From the sequence record MW845759.1: a stretch of 64,000 bases of DNA, one strand, 5' to 3'. The notes beneath the pieces were generated by a model that worked only from the letters and a program-made list of their open reading frames with translations, searched no databases and was not told the DNA's origin. Position numbers and translations under genes: made by a program. How positions within the stretch are numbered: position 1 is the stretch's first letter; each line of letters begins with the position of its first letter. This document shows positions 9,885 to 19,354 of the stretch, one piece after another.

Positions 9885-10409
9885 GTGTCGAATAAACCTA
9901 ACCGCGGTGTCATCATGAAATTAAAAACGATTTACAACTTCTTAAAGCTGGACACATTCTCAGGCACCGTGATTAAAACGGGCACCACTAACTTACGTCA
10001 TCGTGACGATCCGCATCTGGAAATCGTTTCGCTTGACATCACGATTCAATCCGACTCCGACCCCGAAGCGCACTTTATCTACCACATGGGGATTCTGGAG
10101 TTCATGCACTCGATTAAAGAGCATAGCGTGGCGGTGGGTGACCACATCACCATACGCAAATACCCGCTGCAAACCATTTACGGTGTGAAGCGTTTCGAAT
10201 CAAAAGCGAAGATGTCTGCGAATGAGAAACTTGCGGTAAACTGGCTGGTAGACCATGGCATTAAAGAACTGCAGCGAAAGTCCAAGCTGCTCCGCATGCG
10301 CTCTGGTGGTGATGACATCACCGCGATGCAACTGGAAACCCATGCGCTGCGTGCCATCCTAATTAAGTCCCGACTGATGGAGAGAAAAAATGAACCGACC
10401 GCGTGCTAG
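9885..10409 (+). CDS. Hypothetical protein with an OB-like N-terminus
   Basis: FSGTVIK...VAVGDHITIRK; start may be ATG 9915. Confidence 0.7.
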   Translation: MSNKPNRGVIMKLKTIYNFLKLDTFSGTVIKTGTTNLRHRDDPHLEIVSLDITIQSDSDPEAHFIYHMGILEFMHSIKEHSVAVGDHITIRKYPLQTIYGVKRFESKAKMSANEKLAVNWLVDHGIKELQRKSKLLRMRSGGDDITAMQLETHALRAILIKSRLMERKNEPTAC

Positions 10410-11019
10410 TACCGAATATGGGATCATTACCTCTATGCTGATCGACTGTATTGATGAGCCGGTACTGGTACTCAATATTCAGCATGTTGACAACGTGGAG
10501 GCAAGCACGACTCATCGGATTCGTTTTAATGACCTGCGTACGCTTAAACGTATTCCGGGTATCGGCGATAAAGTCTCTATGACTAAATTCACGGGTACGT
10601 TTGAAGCGAGCCTTGAACCGGCGATTGTCAACCTGACCGATGAAAGTCCGGGTGGTTACGGGGCAACGGCCATGGTGTGGATTTGGCTGGGTGCGCTTGA
10701 GCTTTCCCTGCGCCGGAAACTGCGCGAGACGGTTGCGATGGGTGTTATCAATAAACAAACCGAACTGTGGACGCGGGAACTCGGTGCGTTACTTGATTGG
10801 CAACTGGGTAAAGGACTCACGTCTTACTTCGGCCGTTTAGAGCCGGGAGATGTTGGTTGCGTTGACCAGCTCTATTACGCTGAAAAGACCACCATCCACC
10901 ATCGTGGTTGGAACAGGCAGGGCGAAACCAAAGAGCTGCAAGATAGAAAGATTGACGACACCGGCGTTTATTTCATCACACGTAATAATCTGTGCTGGCC
11001 GTTGTTAGTAAAATGTTAA
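10390..11019 (+). CDS. Hypothetical protein with an OB-like N-terminus
   Basis: GGAGAG SD; contains PGIGDKVSMTK. Confidence 0.75.
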   Translation: MNRPRASTEYGIITSMLIDCIDEPVLVLNIQHVDNVEASTTHRIRFNDLRTLKRIPGIGDKVSMTKFTGTFEASLEPAIVNLTDESPGGYGATAMVWIWLGALELSLRRKLRETVAMGVINKQTELWTRELGALLDWQLGKGLTSYFGRLEPGDVGCVDQLYYAEKTTIHHRGWNRQGETKELQDRKIDDTGVYFITRNNLCWPLLVKC

Positions 11020-11039
11020 AAGGGCTTCGGCCCTTTTTT
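11018..11039 (+). terminator. Rho-independent terminator
   Basis: AAAAGGGC-TTCG-GCCCTTTT. Confidence 0.85.
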
Positions 11040-11088
11040 ACGACTGAGCCCCTTAGTTTAGAGGCTGTAAAAAGATTAGAGGGTCTAC

Positions 11089-13290
11089 ATGTCTATTGAT
11101 TACGAATCACCTTTCCGTTTAGACAAGGAAGAGTACGACCGCGATATCGACGTTGTCGATGCGTACTTCGAACAAATTAGTCACTACATCGACAACCAAA
11201 CTGGGCATGAGTATGATATTGAAACCATTCGCTTTAACGTCAATGAGATGTTTAAAGATGGTGGTGAGTTAGAACACAAGTTTCCAAACGTTCGCATGTT
11301 CGTTCGTAACCAGAAGACTGGTGACCGCGAAGAGAAGTTCGTTACAATTGATAAACTCTTCAAAACGGTTATTGCGAAAGAACTGATTAGCGCACCATCT
11401 TTAACCTTCTACCTGCCTGAAACCGTCAAACGCTCCAAGCTGTCTGAGTTCATGGAACAGAACGTGGCGAAGCGTGCGGTAATCAAAGGGGAAATGTTTG
11501 CTGCCAAAGCAGCGGGTAACGCGGTACTGCACATCAACAAAAAGAACGAGCAGAACGCCGTTAAGACCCTGAACAACGGTTCGTCCGGTGCATTCAGTTC
11601 ACCGTACACCATTCTGTACAACCAGTCGTCGCACTCGGTACTGACGTCAACCTGCCGTACGGCAACCTCGTTTGCAAACGCAGCCAACGAACGTCTGTTG
11701 GGTGGCCGTCGTCACTACGACACCCCGAACCGTGTTATCGACCACTTCCTGTCAATCGGTACCCTCACTGACTTCCGTGAGTTCGGTCAGATTGTCGAAG
11801 AGTTTAATCTGCACATTCCAACCGTTGATGAAACGATGGAAGTTATCCATTACTCGTCTAACGATTACTGGATTAACCCAGAAGCAGATAAGAAAATCCG
11901 CCAGTACGTTGAGAACACTCCGGGTCTGGAACGTGCGGCATTGGTTTACATGGGTGACCTGTTCCATCTGGCCAAGTTTAACGACGGTATGATGCGTGAC
12001 TTCTTCACAGCACTGATTAGCAAAGCAGTGTTTGAAGAAGAAGTGACCGATTGGGATGCAGCACTGAAGACCATCGACGGCGACATGAAAATTGTTCTGT
12101 CTCAGTTCCGTACGGACGTGGTGCCAGTGGGTAAATCCTTCGGGGACGTGCGCAAGAAAGATGAAAACACCGACAAGTGGCTGCCGTGGGATCAACAAGA
12201 CGAATTCAAACAACTGATTCGCACTGGTTTGTTCCTGCAGAAAACCATCGGTAAGTATTCGAAGTTCATTAAGGTTCTGTTGACCAACAAGAACCTGCCT
12301 GTCAACATTGCACGTATGCCGGATGTGGTACGTAAAGTGGGTGTGGTATCCGATACCGACTCCACGATGATGACAGCACAGTGGTGGGCTACATGGTATA
12401 CGGGAACCTACTTCGGTGAAGAGGCCACTCGTGTGTCCGACATGATTATCTATTTGGCAACGCAGCACATGCGTCACCTTATGGCCAGCATGTCCAAGAA
12501 TATGGGCGTTCACACCGACCGTATCTTCTTGTATGCAGCGAAGAACGAATTCAAATTCGACTCCTTTGCATTGACCACTAAAGCCAAGCACTACTTCTCA
12601 TTAATTACCGCTCAGGAAGGGCAGTTGCTGGAAGACCCAGAGCTGGAAGTAAAAGGTGTGTCCTTACGTACCTCGAACATTCCGCCGGTTGTAATGAATG
12701 AGTTTAAGAAAACCATCAAGCAGTTCTGTAAGACGGTGGCCTCGGGCGAACAGATTGAAATCTTGCCTGTGCTGCACCGCGTTGCAGAAATCGAACACGA
12801 GGTGGCCAGTACCGTTAAAGCCGGTCGGTCAGATTACCTCAAAACCACCAACATCAAAGACCGCAGTGCGTATGCGGACGATGATGAAAAGAACTACCAC
12901 TACCACCGCATGTACAACACCATCTTCGGGCCGAAGTATGGTTACATCGATGAGCCGCCGTACGAAGCTGTACGCCTGCCGGTCAACCTCGAGAACAAAA
13001 CCCAAATCGCTGATTGGTTAGCTTCGATTGAAGACCCTATCATCAAAGCGGGTGCGGAGAAGTGGTTTGAAGAAAACCCGAAACGTAAATACACCACCCT
13101 GATGCTGCCAGACTATCTGGTAAGCAACTACGGGATTCCGGCTGACTTGGTCAAGGCAGCGAACTCACGTCGTACTGCCTTTGCTACCGTGGAGCCGTAC
13201 TATCACGTACTGGAGTGTTTGGGTGTGTTTATGATTGACGAAGATCGTACCCGTCTGTTAAGTGACTACTACGGGGAGATGATCGATTAA
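11089..13290 (+). CDS. Split family-B DNA polymerase, palm/fingers/thumb subunit (phiKZ gp50-like)
   Basis: Motif B-like K-x3-N-x2-S-G (AVKTLNNGSSG), motif C-like VSDTDS, then KHYF and LEVKG; no exonuclease motifs. Confidence 0.9.
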   Translation: MSIDYESPFRLDKEEYDRDIDVVDAYFEQISHYIDNQTGHEYDIETIRFNVNEMFKDGGELEHKFPNVRMFVRNQKTGDREEKFVTIDKLFKTVIAKELISAPSLTFYLPETVKRSKLSEFMEQNVAKRAVIKGEMFAAKAAGNAVLHINKKNEQNAVKTLNNGSSGAFSSPYTILYNQSSHSVLTSTCRTATSFANAANERLLGGRRHYDTPNRVIDHFLSIGTLTDFREFGQIVEEFNLHIPTVDETMEVIHYSSNDYWINPEADKKIRQYVENTPGLERAALVYMGDLFHLAKFNDGMMRDFFTALISKAVFEEEVTDWDAALKTIDGDMKIVLSQFRTDVVPVGKSFGDVRKKDENTDKWLPWDQQDEFKQLIRTGLFLQKTIGKYSKFIKVLLTNKNLPVNIARMPDVVRKVGVVSDTDSTMMTAQWWATWYTGTYFGEEATRVSDMIIYLATQHMRHLMASMSKNMGVHTDRIFLYAAKNEFKFDSFALTTKAKHYFSLITAQEGQLLEDPELEVKGVSLRTSNIPPVVMNEFKKTIKQFCKTVASGEQIEILPVLHRVAEIEHEVASTVKAGRSDYLKTTNIKDRSAYADDDEKNYHYHRMYNTIFGPKYGYIDEPPYEAVRLPVNLENKTQIADWLASIEDPIIKAGAEKWFEENPKRKYTTLMLPDYLVSNYGIPADLVKAANSRRTAFATVEPYYHVLECLGVFMIDEDRTRLLSDYYGEMID

Positions 13291-13298
13291 GGAACAAT

Positions 13299-13649
13299 AT
13301 GGAGAAGTTTTATTTCTGTAAGGAGATAAGTGATGAGGCCCCGGAGTTATCCGGGGTTGCATTCCCAACTCCTGCAATGGCAGTCTACACGTTTCTGCTT
13401 TACGGTCACCCGACCTTTAAGCACATGTGTAAGCTGACCCCACGTCCACCATCGAATGCTTACGTGCTTACGACTGCACGCCCGCATGAAGTGGTGGAGT
13501 TCATGCTCTGTGAAACAGAGACTGTGACTGAGGTTGGAGGTAAGAAGATGTATGGGGATGACAATACCAAAGTTGATGCGAATTGCGGACTGACCGTTCG
13601 CGAGCTGTTGGAGTATCATCGCTTACCTATTTGTATCGAACGACACTAA
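13299..13649 (+). CDS. Hypothetical protein (116 aa)
   Basis: AAGGA SD; follows the polymerase; ends at a terminator. Confidence 0.75.
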   Translation: MEKFYFCKEISDEAPELSGVAFPTPAMAVYTFLLYGHPTFKHMCKLTPRPPSNAYVLTTARPHEVVEFMLCETETVTEVGGKKMYGDDNTKVDANCGLTVRELLEYHRLPICIERH

Positions 13650-13655
13650 TTGACC

Positions 13656-13688
13656 CCCTATCTCGGTTTTCCGGGATAGGGATTTTTT
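13656..13688 (+). terminator. Rho-independent terminator
   Basis: CCCTATCTCGG-TTTT-CCGGGATAGGG followed by a T6 tract. Confidence 0.85.
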
Positions 13689-13765
13689 AGACAAACCCGC
13701 ATCAATCCTCGAAAGTGGTTTTTTGGAGTGATGGTTTTATCTCTTATTATATGCAACTTCCCTTC

Positions 13766-13793
13766 ACGGGGGAGGGGCCTACGGGGGAGGGGG
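13766..13793 (+). repeat. Tandem ACGGGGGAGGGG x2 (15-nt period), G-quadruplex motif
   Basis: G5-A-G4-CCTAC-G5-A-G5 read directly from the sequence. Confidence 0.85.
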
Positions 13794-13930
13794 TAATATG
13801 TATATATATGGGGATAATTAGGTAGTAGTAAATTGATCTATTAATTTAATAAATATTTAGGTTATTAACTTAGTAGATCAGATCCCAAGTAACTAACTAG
13901 ATCGATCTAAAAAACTTAAAAGATAAACCT
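13794..13930. other. AT-rich non-coding tract with clustered GATC sites, candidate unwinding element
   Basis: GATC at 13835, 13876, 13881, 13900 and 13904; GATCTATTAATTT at 13835. Confidence 0.5.
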
Positions 13931-13954
13931 ACCTACCCCAGAAGGGTAGGTAGG
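13911..13954 (-). terminator. Terminator for the minus-strand gene 13959-15020
   Basis: 11-bp stem CCTACCTACCC-CAGAA-GGGTAGGTAGG; A-rich tract on the left reads as a U-tract on the minus strand. Confidence 0.75.
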
Positions 13955-13958
13955 GTAG

Positions 13959-15020
13959 TTATGATCCGATCACTTTATTTAACTTACTAAAGACATTCTG
14001 ATCCAAGGTCAGTCTTACCGAAGGAGGTAGACGTTCAGTGAACCGTAACTGGAAGAAGTTCCTCAGTTCTCTGACGAGTGTCGGGTAGTAACGGGCCATT
14101 ACCGGATTGTCGTATTGCACCACATACGCCATAAAGTTCAGGTTCACCAGTTGGTAGAACCAGCGCTGTTGGTTAGTCTGGGAATACGATTCATCGGCGA
14201 GTAACCCTAACGCACTGCCTTTCCCGTTGAAGTACATCAGGAGGTGGTTCATTACCACACCGGGTAGCGGGTTCCCTTCCTTTAACCGTTGGGCGATAAT
14301 CCGCACATTCCGGTCAACGTGGGGAGAGAGCATCGGGATAGGGTAATCGTTGAACGGGTCATCCTTTTCGATGTCCTGCCCGTTAGCAAAGAAGCGGTGT
14401 CGGTTGAATACCGCCAAGTCCATGTACGTTGGCAGCATTCGATAAACAACATACCGATAAAGATATGTATAGAGGTTAATGCCTCCGTGCTCTTTGTTCC
14501 GCTGGTAGTATTTGTAGGCTTGGAAGTATTGCCAGACAAGTGCTACGATATTGATTTCGATATAGCTGATTCCGCGCCCGCCGTTCTTAGTACCCATCTG
14601 CCAGTTCAGGTTGGTATAGTCGTGGTATAGGTAACGAACCGGCTGCAGTTCTCGCCACGGGGTATTGGGGTCGATTGGTTGAATCGATAAGGCAATCAAC
14701 TCCGCTTGTCCCTGAATAAACTCCCCCACGTGGATTTCACCGGGGTGGCCGGGAGAGACTAAACGCATGGCGTTGCCGATACTGATGAACTTGCGTCGGC
14801 AAGCCCAATAAATGTCGTCGTACTTTGCGTCGGGTGCGAACCCAATGGTGGCAAGTATCTTGGCCAGTAAGTGGTCGGAATCCACACGGGTCTGCATCAT
14901 CTCGACGCGGTTACGAATACGTCTCTGATTATTTTTTACAACAGATGCAATAGTTATGGACGTAGGGTCTACGTTGCGGGACTTTATGATGCTCTGCTGG
15001 ATATCCGCACTACTGAACAT
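13959..15020 (-). CDS. Conserved core protein between the DNA polymerase and chimallin (phiKZ gp52-like position)
   Basis: 353 aa; GAGGAG SD; synteny. Confidence 0.7.
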   Translation of the reverse strand: MFSSADIQQSIIKSRNVDPTSITIASVVKNNQRRIRNRVEMMQTRVDSDHLLAKILATIGFAPDAKYDDIYWACRRKFISIGNAMRLVSPGHPGEIHVGEFIQGQAELIALSIQPIDPNTPWRELQPVRYLYHDYTNLNWQMGTKNGGRGISYIEINIVALVWQYFQAYKYYQRNKEHGGINLYTYLYRYVVYRMLPTYMDLAVFNRHRFFANGQDIEKDDPFNDYPIPMLSPHVDRNVRIIAQRLKEGNPLPGVVMNHLLMYFNGKGSALGLLADESYSQTNQQRWFYQLVNLNFMAYVVQYDNPVMARYYPTLVRELRNFFQLRFTERLPPSVRLTLDQNVFSKLNKVIGS

Positions 15021-15155
15021 GATGATATCTCCTCAAGGGTGGTCATACTATCGCACGGCGACACTCTAAAATTTTACAGATAGATTTTATTCTATTGAAC
15101 CAGAGCGCTTAAAACCGTTCTACATGTTTGGGTAATGTTATTGAAAGATTATTCA

Positions 15156-15175
15156 AACATATTTTATTCTCATGA
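15156..15175 (+). promoter_or_regulatory. Putative early promoter of chimallin
   Basis: AACATATTTTATTCTCATGA matches the shared 20-mer motif. Confidence 0.6.
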
Positions 15176-15225
15176 GTTAACTCAAAGTAAATCATTCAAT
15201 CTCTATAAAACAGGAAATAAATACC

Positions 15226-17013
15226 ATGGTAGAATTTCACGACGAAAAGAAAAACGCTAACACTTCCTCTGCAGACAACAACGCTGCAACGGGTAACGTG
15301 TCTGGCTTCTCTGTTGGCACCGCTAACGAGATGAACATGGCCTTTGAGTGGAGCTCTGTAAACTCGCAGGCTGGTAAGTTCGTAGAAGTGATTAAAGAAG
15401 CCGCCAAAGAAAACCAGTATCTGGCGAACTTCCAAGTCGGTACCGTTGATGCGGTAACTGGCGAATTCGGTTCTGCGGCATACGTCGCTGGTGAACTGCG
15501 CGGCATCCCGCTGTTCGGCATCGTGTTCTTCGAGAAGGGTCTGTCCCTGCGTCTGGTGGTAAACAACAATCAGGAAGATTACTACTCCATCGCTTCCCTG
15601 ATTAACAAAGACGTTATCGCCACTGTTGCGAAAACGCTGAAAACTACCCACAGCCTGTCTCAGGACCCGCGCTTCATCAGCATCAACACCATCCCGGATC
15701 TGGACCTGGCTCTGACTCGTGAGCGTGCTCTGTCCATCATGGGTCAGATGATGACCAGCATCTTCGGTCGTGCTTCCGGTATTCTGGGTAAACTCGTCAT
15801 CACCAAAAATGACAAGTTCATCGCTCAGGTCGGCGGCATCGGCGAAGGCGCAGTTCTGGATGTGAACGGTCACGCACAACGTGCTGACTTCGGTATCAAA
15901 CTGTCTCACGTTCCGCTGCAGCAGAACACTACCCCGACTCTGATGTCAGGTACCAATGCTCAGCAGTACCCGAACTGTGCGGCCGCTGGTTACGCTAACC
16001 TGCGCTACACCGGTCTGGTGAAGAACGCAGACGGTAGCATCAAAGACATGCGTCAGATTGCCCCAGAGCTGATTATCAGCCTGATGGACTCTTCTACGCT
16101 GACTGCGAACGCGCCGTTTGAGCGTCAGATTCTGATGCTGGCAGTGGCTGCGAAAACTGCAGCGATGGGTGGCTGGATGGACTTCATCAAGAACTCCCTG
16201 GACGGTAAGACGCGTAAAATCTCTGCACTGGCTCAGAACGTGAACTGGGGCAAAGACGTGTCTAACACCGACTGGAAAGCGATGGACAAATCCGTCGAAG
16301 CAGCTGAGCGCTTCCTGCGTGAGTTCTGCTACGAAACCGCGGGTCTGGTCGTTGAGCACCGTGCAGGTAACGGTATCGGCGGTCTGATTGGTCTGATTGC
16401 AGAAGTTGCACAGAACAAACAGCACGCGCTGGAAACTCTGCTGGCTCTGCTGGACAACATGTTCCCGGTTGTTGAAGGTAACAAGTTCTCCGACGGCCTG
16501 CGTATTGCGTTCGGTGGTCCGACTGTAACACTGTCTGCATCTCACATCGTCTCCGGCGTTGTACCGACCGTGGCAGGTGTGTACCGTGGTTCTAACGGCA
16601 TGCGTTCATACTCCGATATGGACCTGCTGCGTACTACCACTGCGCTGGGTGACGACCGTGCTGAAGTGCTGAAATACTTCCGTGCTCAGTCGTACAAACA
16701 TCGTAACATGCAGCCTAAGCAGCAGCGTATCTACCTGGCTCAGCTGGCTAACAGCCTGTTCTCTGGCAACGATCCGATTCCGACCGGTGAAGGTGTTCAG
16801 ATTTCCATCAACACCACCTTCGCGAAGTTCCTGTACGAAGCGGTTGATGCGTGTGGCCTGCTGCAGCTGACCGGTGTGAACGCAATGTCTGTTGCGGATT
16901 CCGTACCGTTCTACAACAACACTGGCGACCTGTTCGTAATGTCTGGTGTTGGTGGCGTGTCTACCAACAACGCGTTCGACTTCGCTCAGCAGTCTGGCTA
17001 TTTCAACATGTAA
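15226..17013 (+). CDS. chmA: Chimallin, major phage-nucleus shell protein
   Basis: 595 aa; strong high-expression codon bias; directly upstream of the NADFDGD-containing nvRNAP subunit as phiKZ gp54 is of gp55; flexible N- and C-terminal segments. Confidence 0.85.
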   Translation: MVEFHDEKKNANTSSADNNAATGNVSGFSVGTANEMNMAFEWSSVNSQAGKFVEVIKEAAKENQYLANFQVGTVDAVTGEFGSAAYVAGELRGIPLFGIVFFEKGLSLRLVVNNNQEDYYSIASLINKDVIATVAKTLKTTHSLSQDPRFISINTIPDLDLALTRERALSIMGQMMTSIFGRASGILGKLVITKNDKFIAQVGGIGEGAVLDVNGHAQRADFGIKLSHVPLQQNTTPTLMSGTNAQQYPNCAAAGYANLRYTGLVKNADGSIKDMRQIAPELIISLMDSSTLTANAPFERQILMLAVAAKTAAMGGWMDFIKNSLDGKTRKISALAQNVNWGKDVSNTDWKAMDKSVEAAERFLREFCYETAGLVVEHRAGNGIGGLIGLIAEVAQNKQHALETLLALLDNMFPVVEGNKFSDGLRIAFGGPTVTLSASHIVSGVVPTVAGVYRGSNGMRSYSDMDLLRTTTALGDDRAEVLKYFRAQSYKHRNMQPKQQRIYLAQLANSLFSGNDPIPTGEGVQISINTTFAKFLYEAVDACGLLQLTGVNAMSVADSVPFYNNTGDLFVMSGVGGVSTNNAFDFAQQSGYFNM

Positions 17014-17034
17014 TAACCGACTGTGATTAAAGAC

Positions 17035-17078
17035 GGGAGAGGATAAAACCTCTCCCCCTTTTCATCTGCTATTTTTTT
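17035..17078 (+). terminator. Terminator/attenuator after chimallin
   Basis: GGGAGAGG-ATAAAA-CCTCTCCC followed by T-rich sequence. Confidence 0.75.
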
Positions 17079-17091
17079 CGTTGGAGTAAGA

Positions 17092-18714
17092 ATGAGTGAG
17101 CAAACTGCTGAATACTACGGTATTTCAGGCGAGATAGAAAACCTCGACAATTACTACTTCCAGTTAATGCTGGAGTCGCGTGCAAAGGGAATTAAACCGC
17201 CCGTAGTTATCAACGACATTGCACGTGAGTTCGACAGTAGCGTCGTCACGGAACACATCGACGCGTTATTGCAGAACCGTATTGTCAATGAGAAGTTGAA
17301 CAACACGCCGATTTGCAGCATTCATTGCGAGCACCCAACCGCGCACCGTTATAACCTTGGGAATAAATGCCCAAGCTGCGGTTTCGTGGTCACGGAAAAC
17401 CGACTTGAGTCGGAAGTGTGGCTGCAAGCGCCGACCGAAATGCAAGCGTTCATTAATCCGCGTTTCTGGTTATTGTTTAATGCGAACTTTGGCGGCCTGA
17501 CGCAGCTGAAGAAGTTCGAACGTGCCAACTATACGTTGGAGCGTGGTGCAGACTTGATGATGTGGTTGATTGACCCGCATTATAAGCTGCCCGACCAAGT
17601 CCCATCCCGAATGCAGTCTGCTATCGCCGTACTGGAAGAGAACTGTTATGTCCGCGGGATGGAAAACTTCTACGAACACCATGGTCGTGTATTTGAAATT
17701 CTGGTTAAGAAAGAGAACTGGGATAAAATCATGAACGTGGGTAGAAATACCAATGGTGAGCCGGAACGTGACCGGGAGCGTTGGATTAAGTTCTTTGCTG
17801 AACAGGCGGGAGCGATATTCTCCAGACACTTACCGATTATCACGTCGAAGTTTATCGTGGCGGAAGAGACACAGCGTGGACTGAGTGTTGACCCGGTATT
17901 TGTGGGGGCGATTGATGCGGTGAAAACCATTGCGTCTATCTATACCCGCCAGACACCGCTCGATGTTCGTTTCCTGTTGGGTCGTGCGATTAAAGCCAAC
18001 CGTCAGCTGGCGTATTTCTACAACGATCTGCGCAAAGAAACACTGTCGCAGAAAACAGGGGTCTACCGTTCGAAAGTCAGTTCAACCTTTATTCCGTTTG
18101 GTGGACGTGCAACAATTTCACCTATCTCCGAGCCACATAGCACTTGGGACTTGCATGCACCTTGGCGCTGGATGGTAAACTTAATGTCTATCGACATTGA
18201 GAATAAACTGATGAGTCGTGGGTATACTGCTCGTGAGTGCGAAACGCGAATCGCATTTGCATGTATGCAATACGACCGTGAGATTGATGAGATTCTGGAC
18301 GAACTCATTGCGGAATCGCCGGGTGGCAAAGGCATCATGGTTGTGATGCTGCGTAACCCGACGCTGGTACAGCTGTCCGTCGAAACCTTCTGGATTACCA
18401 AAGTCATCAAAGATGTGAATCAGTGTTCGATTCGTATCTCTGTACGCGCCATCAAGATGATGAACGCCGACTTCGATGGTGACCAGTTGATGGTGTGGCG
18501 TCCAGTGGATAAACGCGAAATGGACTTGGCAATGGGTTACCGTCCGGACAATGGTTTCATGTCTGCGACGAACGTAGATGAAGTTGCCCACGGGATGGTC
18601 TTGCACAATGAGGTCATCAGCATGCAGAACAACTTCCTTGCCGATGAGGAAGAAGACACTGCAATGGGCACACCGCTCGACGCCGTATTATTAGAAGCTC
18701 TGGCTAACCACTGA
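17092..18714 (+). CDS. Non-virion RNA polymerase beta'-like N-terminal subunit (phiKZ gp55-like)
   Basis: Catalytic NADFDGD motif; Zn-binding C-x3-C...CPSC; GGRATISP; LRNPTL. Confidence 0.93.
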   Translation: MSEQTAEYYGISGEIENLDNYYFQLMLESRAKGIKPPVVINDIAREFDSSVVTEHIDALLQNRIVNEKLNNTPICSIHCEHPTAHRYNLGNKCPSCGFVVTENRLESEVWLQAPTEMQAFINPRFWLLFNANFGGLTQLKKFERANYTLERGADLMMWLIDPHYKLPDQVPSRMQSAIAVLEENCYVRGMENFYEHHGRVFEILVKKENWDKIMNVGRNTNGEPERDRERWIKFFAEQAGAIFSRHLPIITSKFIVAEETQRGLSVDPVFVGAIDAVKTIASIYTRQTPLDVRFLLGRAIKANRQLAYFYNDLRKETLSQKTGVYRSKVSSTFIPFGGRATISPISEPHSTWDLHAPWRWMVNLMSIDIENKLMSRGYTARECETRIAFACMQYDREIDEILDELIAESPGGKGIMVVMLRNPTLVQLSVETFWITKVIKDVNQCSIRISVRAIKMMNADFDGDQLMVWRPVDKREMDLAMGYRPDNGFMSATNVDEVAHGMVLHNEVISMQNNFLADEEEDTAMGTPLDAVLLEALANH

Positions 18715-18724
18715 GGAGTATTAC

Positions 18725-19309
18725 ATGAGCATGTGGGACCAACCCGGTACAGCTTTTACGAAGATTACCGGTGACGCTGCGAACTTCCTGAACAGTACAT
18801 TCGATATCAATTCGTTTGCCACTGACTTCGTGGATAAAGTTAAGCAGCAAGTCCAAAAAGTAGCCAGCATTGAGTTGTTCCGTCTGACCTCTGCAGCAGC
18901 GCGTAAGATGCGTTTCTCCAGTGGTGCAGATATCGTGCGTCAGTTAGAACAGTTAGGCGAATTCCAAATGGCCCCGCCAGTCATGCAGCCGTTCTTGGTT
19001 GCGATGCCTGAGTACCGTACGTTGTACAACAACAATATGGCAGCAGGGTTTGAAAATGGATTCTCCAAACACGATCAGTTCCGCGGTAATGCGTATATGC
19101 ACACCGATGCAAACTATCGTGAAGCGACCGACGGCATGGTAACTGAATATCATCCGACTCACCTGTTTAACTGGGTGCTGCCGGAAGAACGTCAGGACAA
19201 ACTCTCTCGCATCAATAAAGTTGATTTGCAGATTTGCTGGAGTCGCGCGCGTGATTTGGACTGGGAAGATTCCGATCCCTACTCCGAATACAACGCGTCC
19301 TGCTATTAA
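18725..19309 (+). CDS. Conserved hypothetical protein (194 aa)
   Basis: GAGGAG SD; follows the nvRNAP subunit. Confidence 0.8.
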   Translation: MSMWDQPGTAFTKITGDAANFLNSTFDINSFATDFVDKVKQQVQKVASIELFRLTSAAARKMRFSSGADIVRQLEQLGEFQMAPPVMQPFLVAMPEYRTLYNNNMAAGFENGFSKHDQFRGNAYMHTDANYREATDGMVTEYHPTHLFNWVLPEERQDKLSRINKVDLQICWSRARDLDWEDSDPYSEYNASCY

Positions 19310-19314
19310 ATAAC

Positions 19315-19341
19315 AAGAGGGGTTTCGGCCCCTCTTTTTTT
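19315..19341 (+). terminator. Rho-independent terminator
   Basis: AAGAGGGG-TTTCGG-CCCCTCTT followed by a T-tract. Confidence 0.85.
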
Positions 19342-19354
19342 CTGAGGTTTCGAT

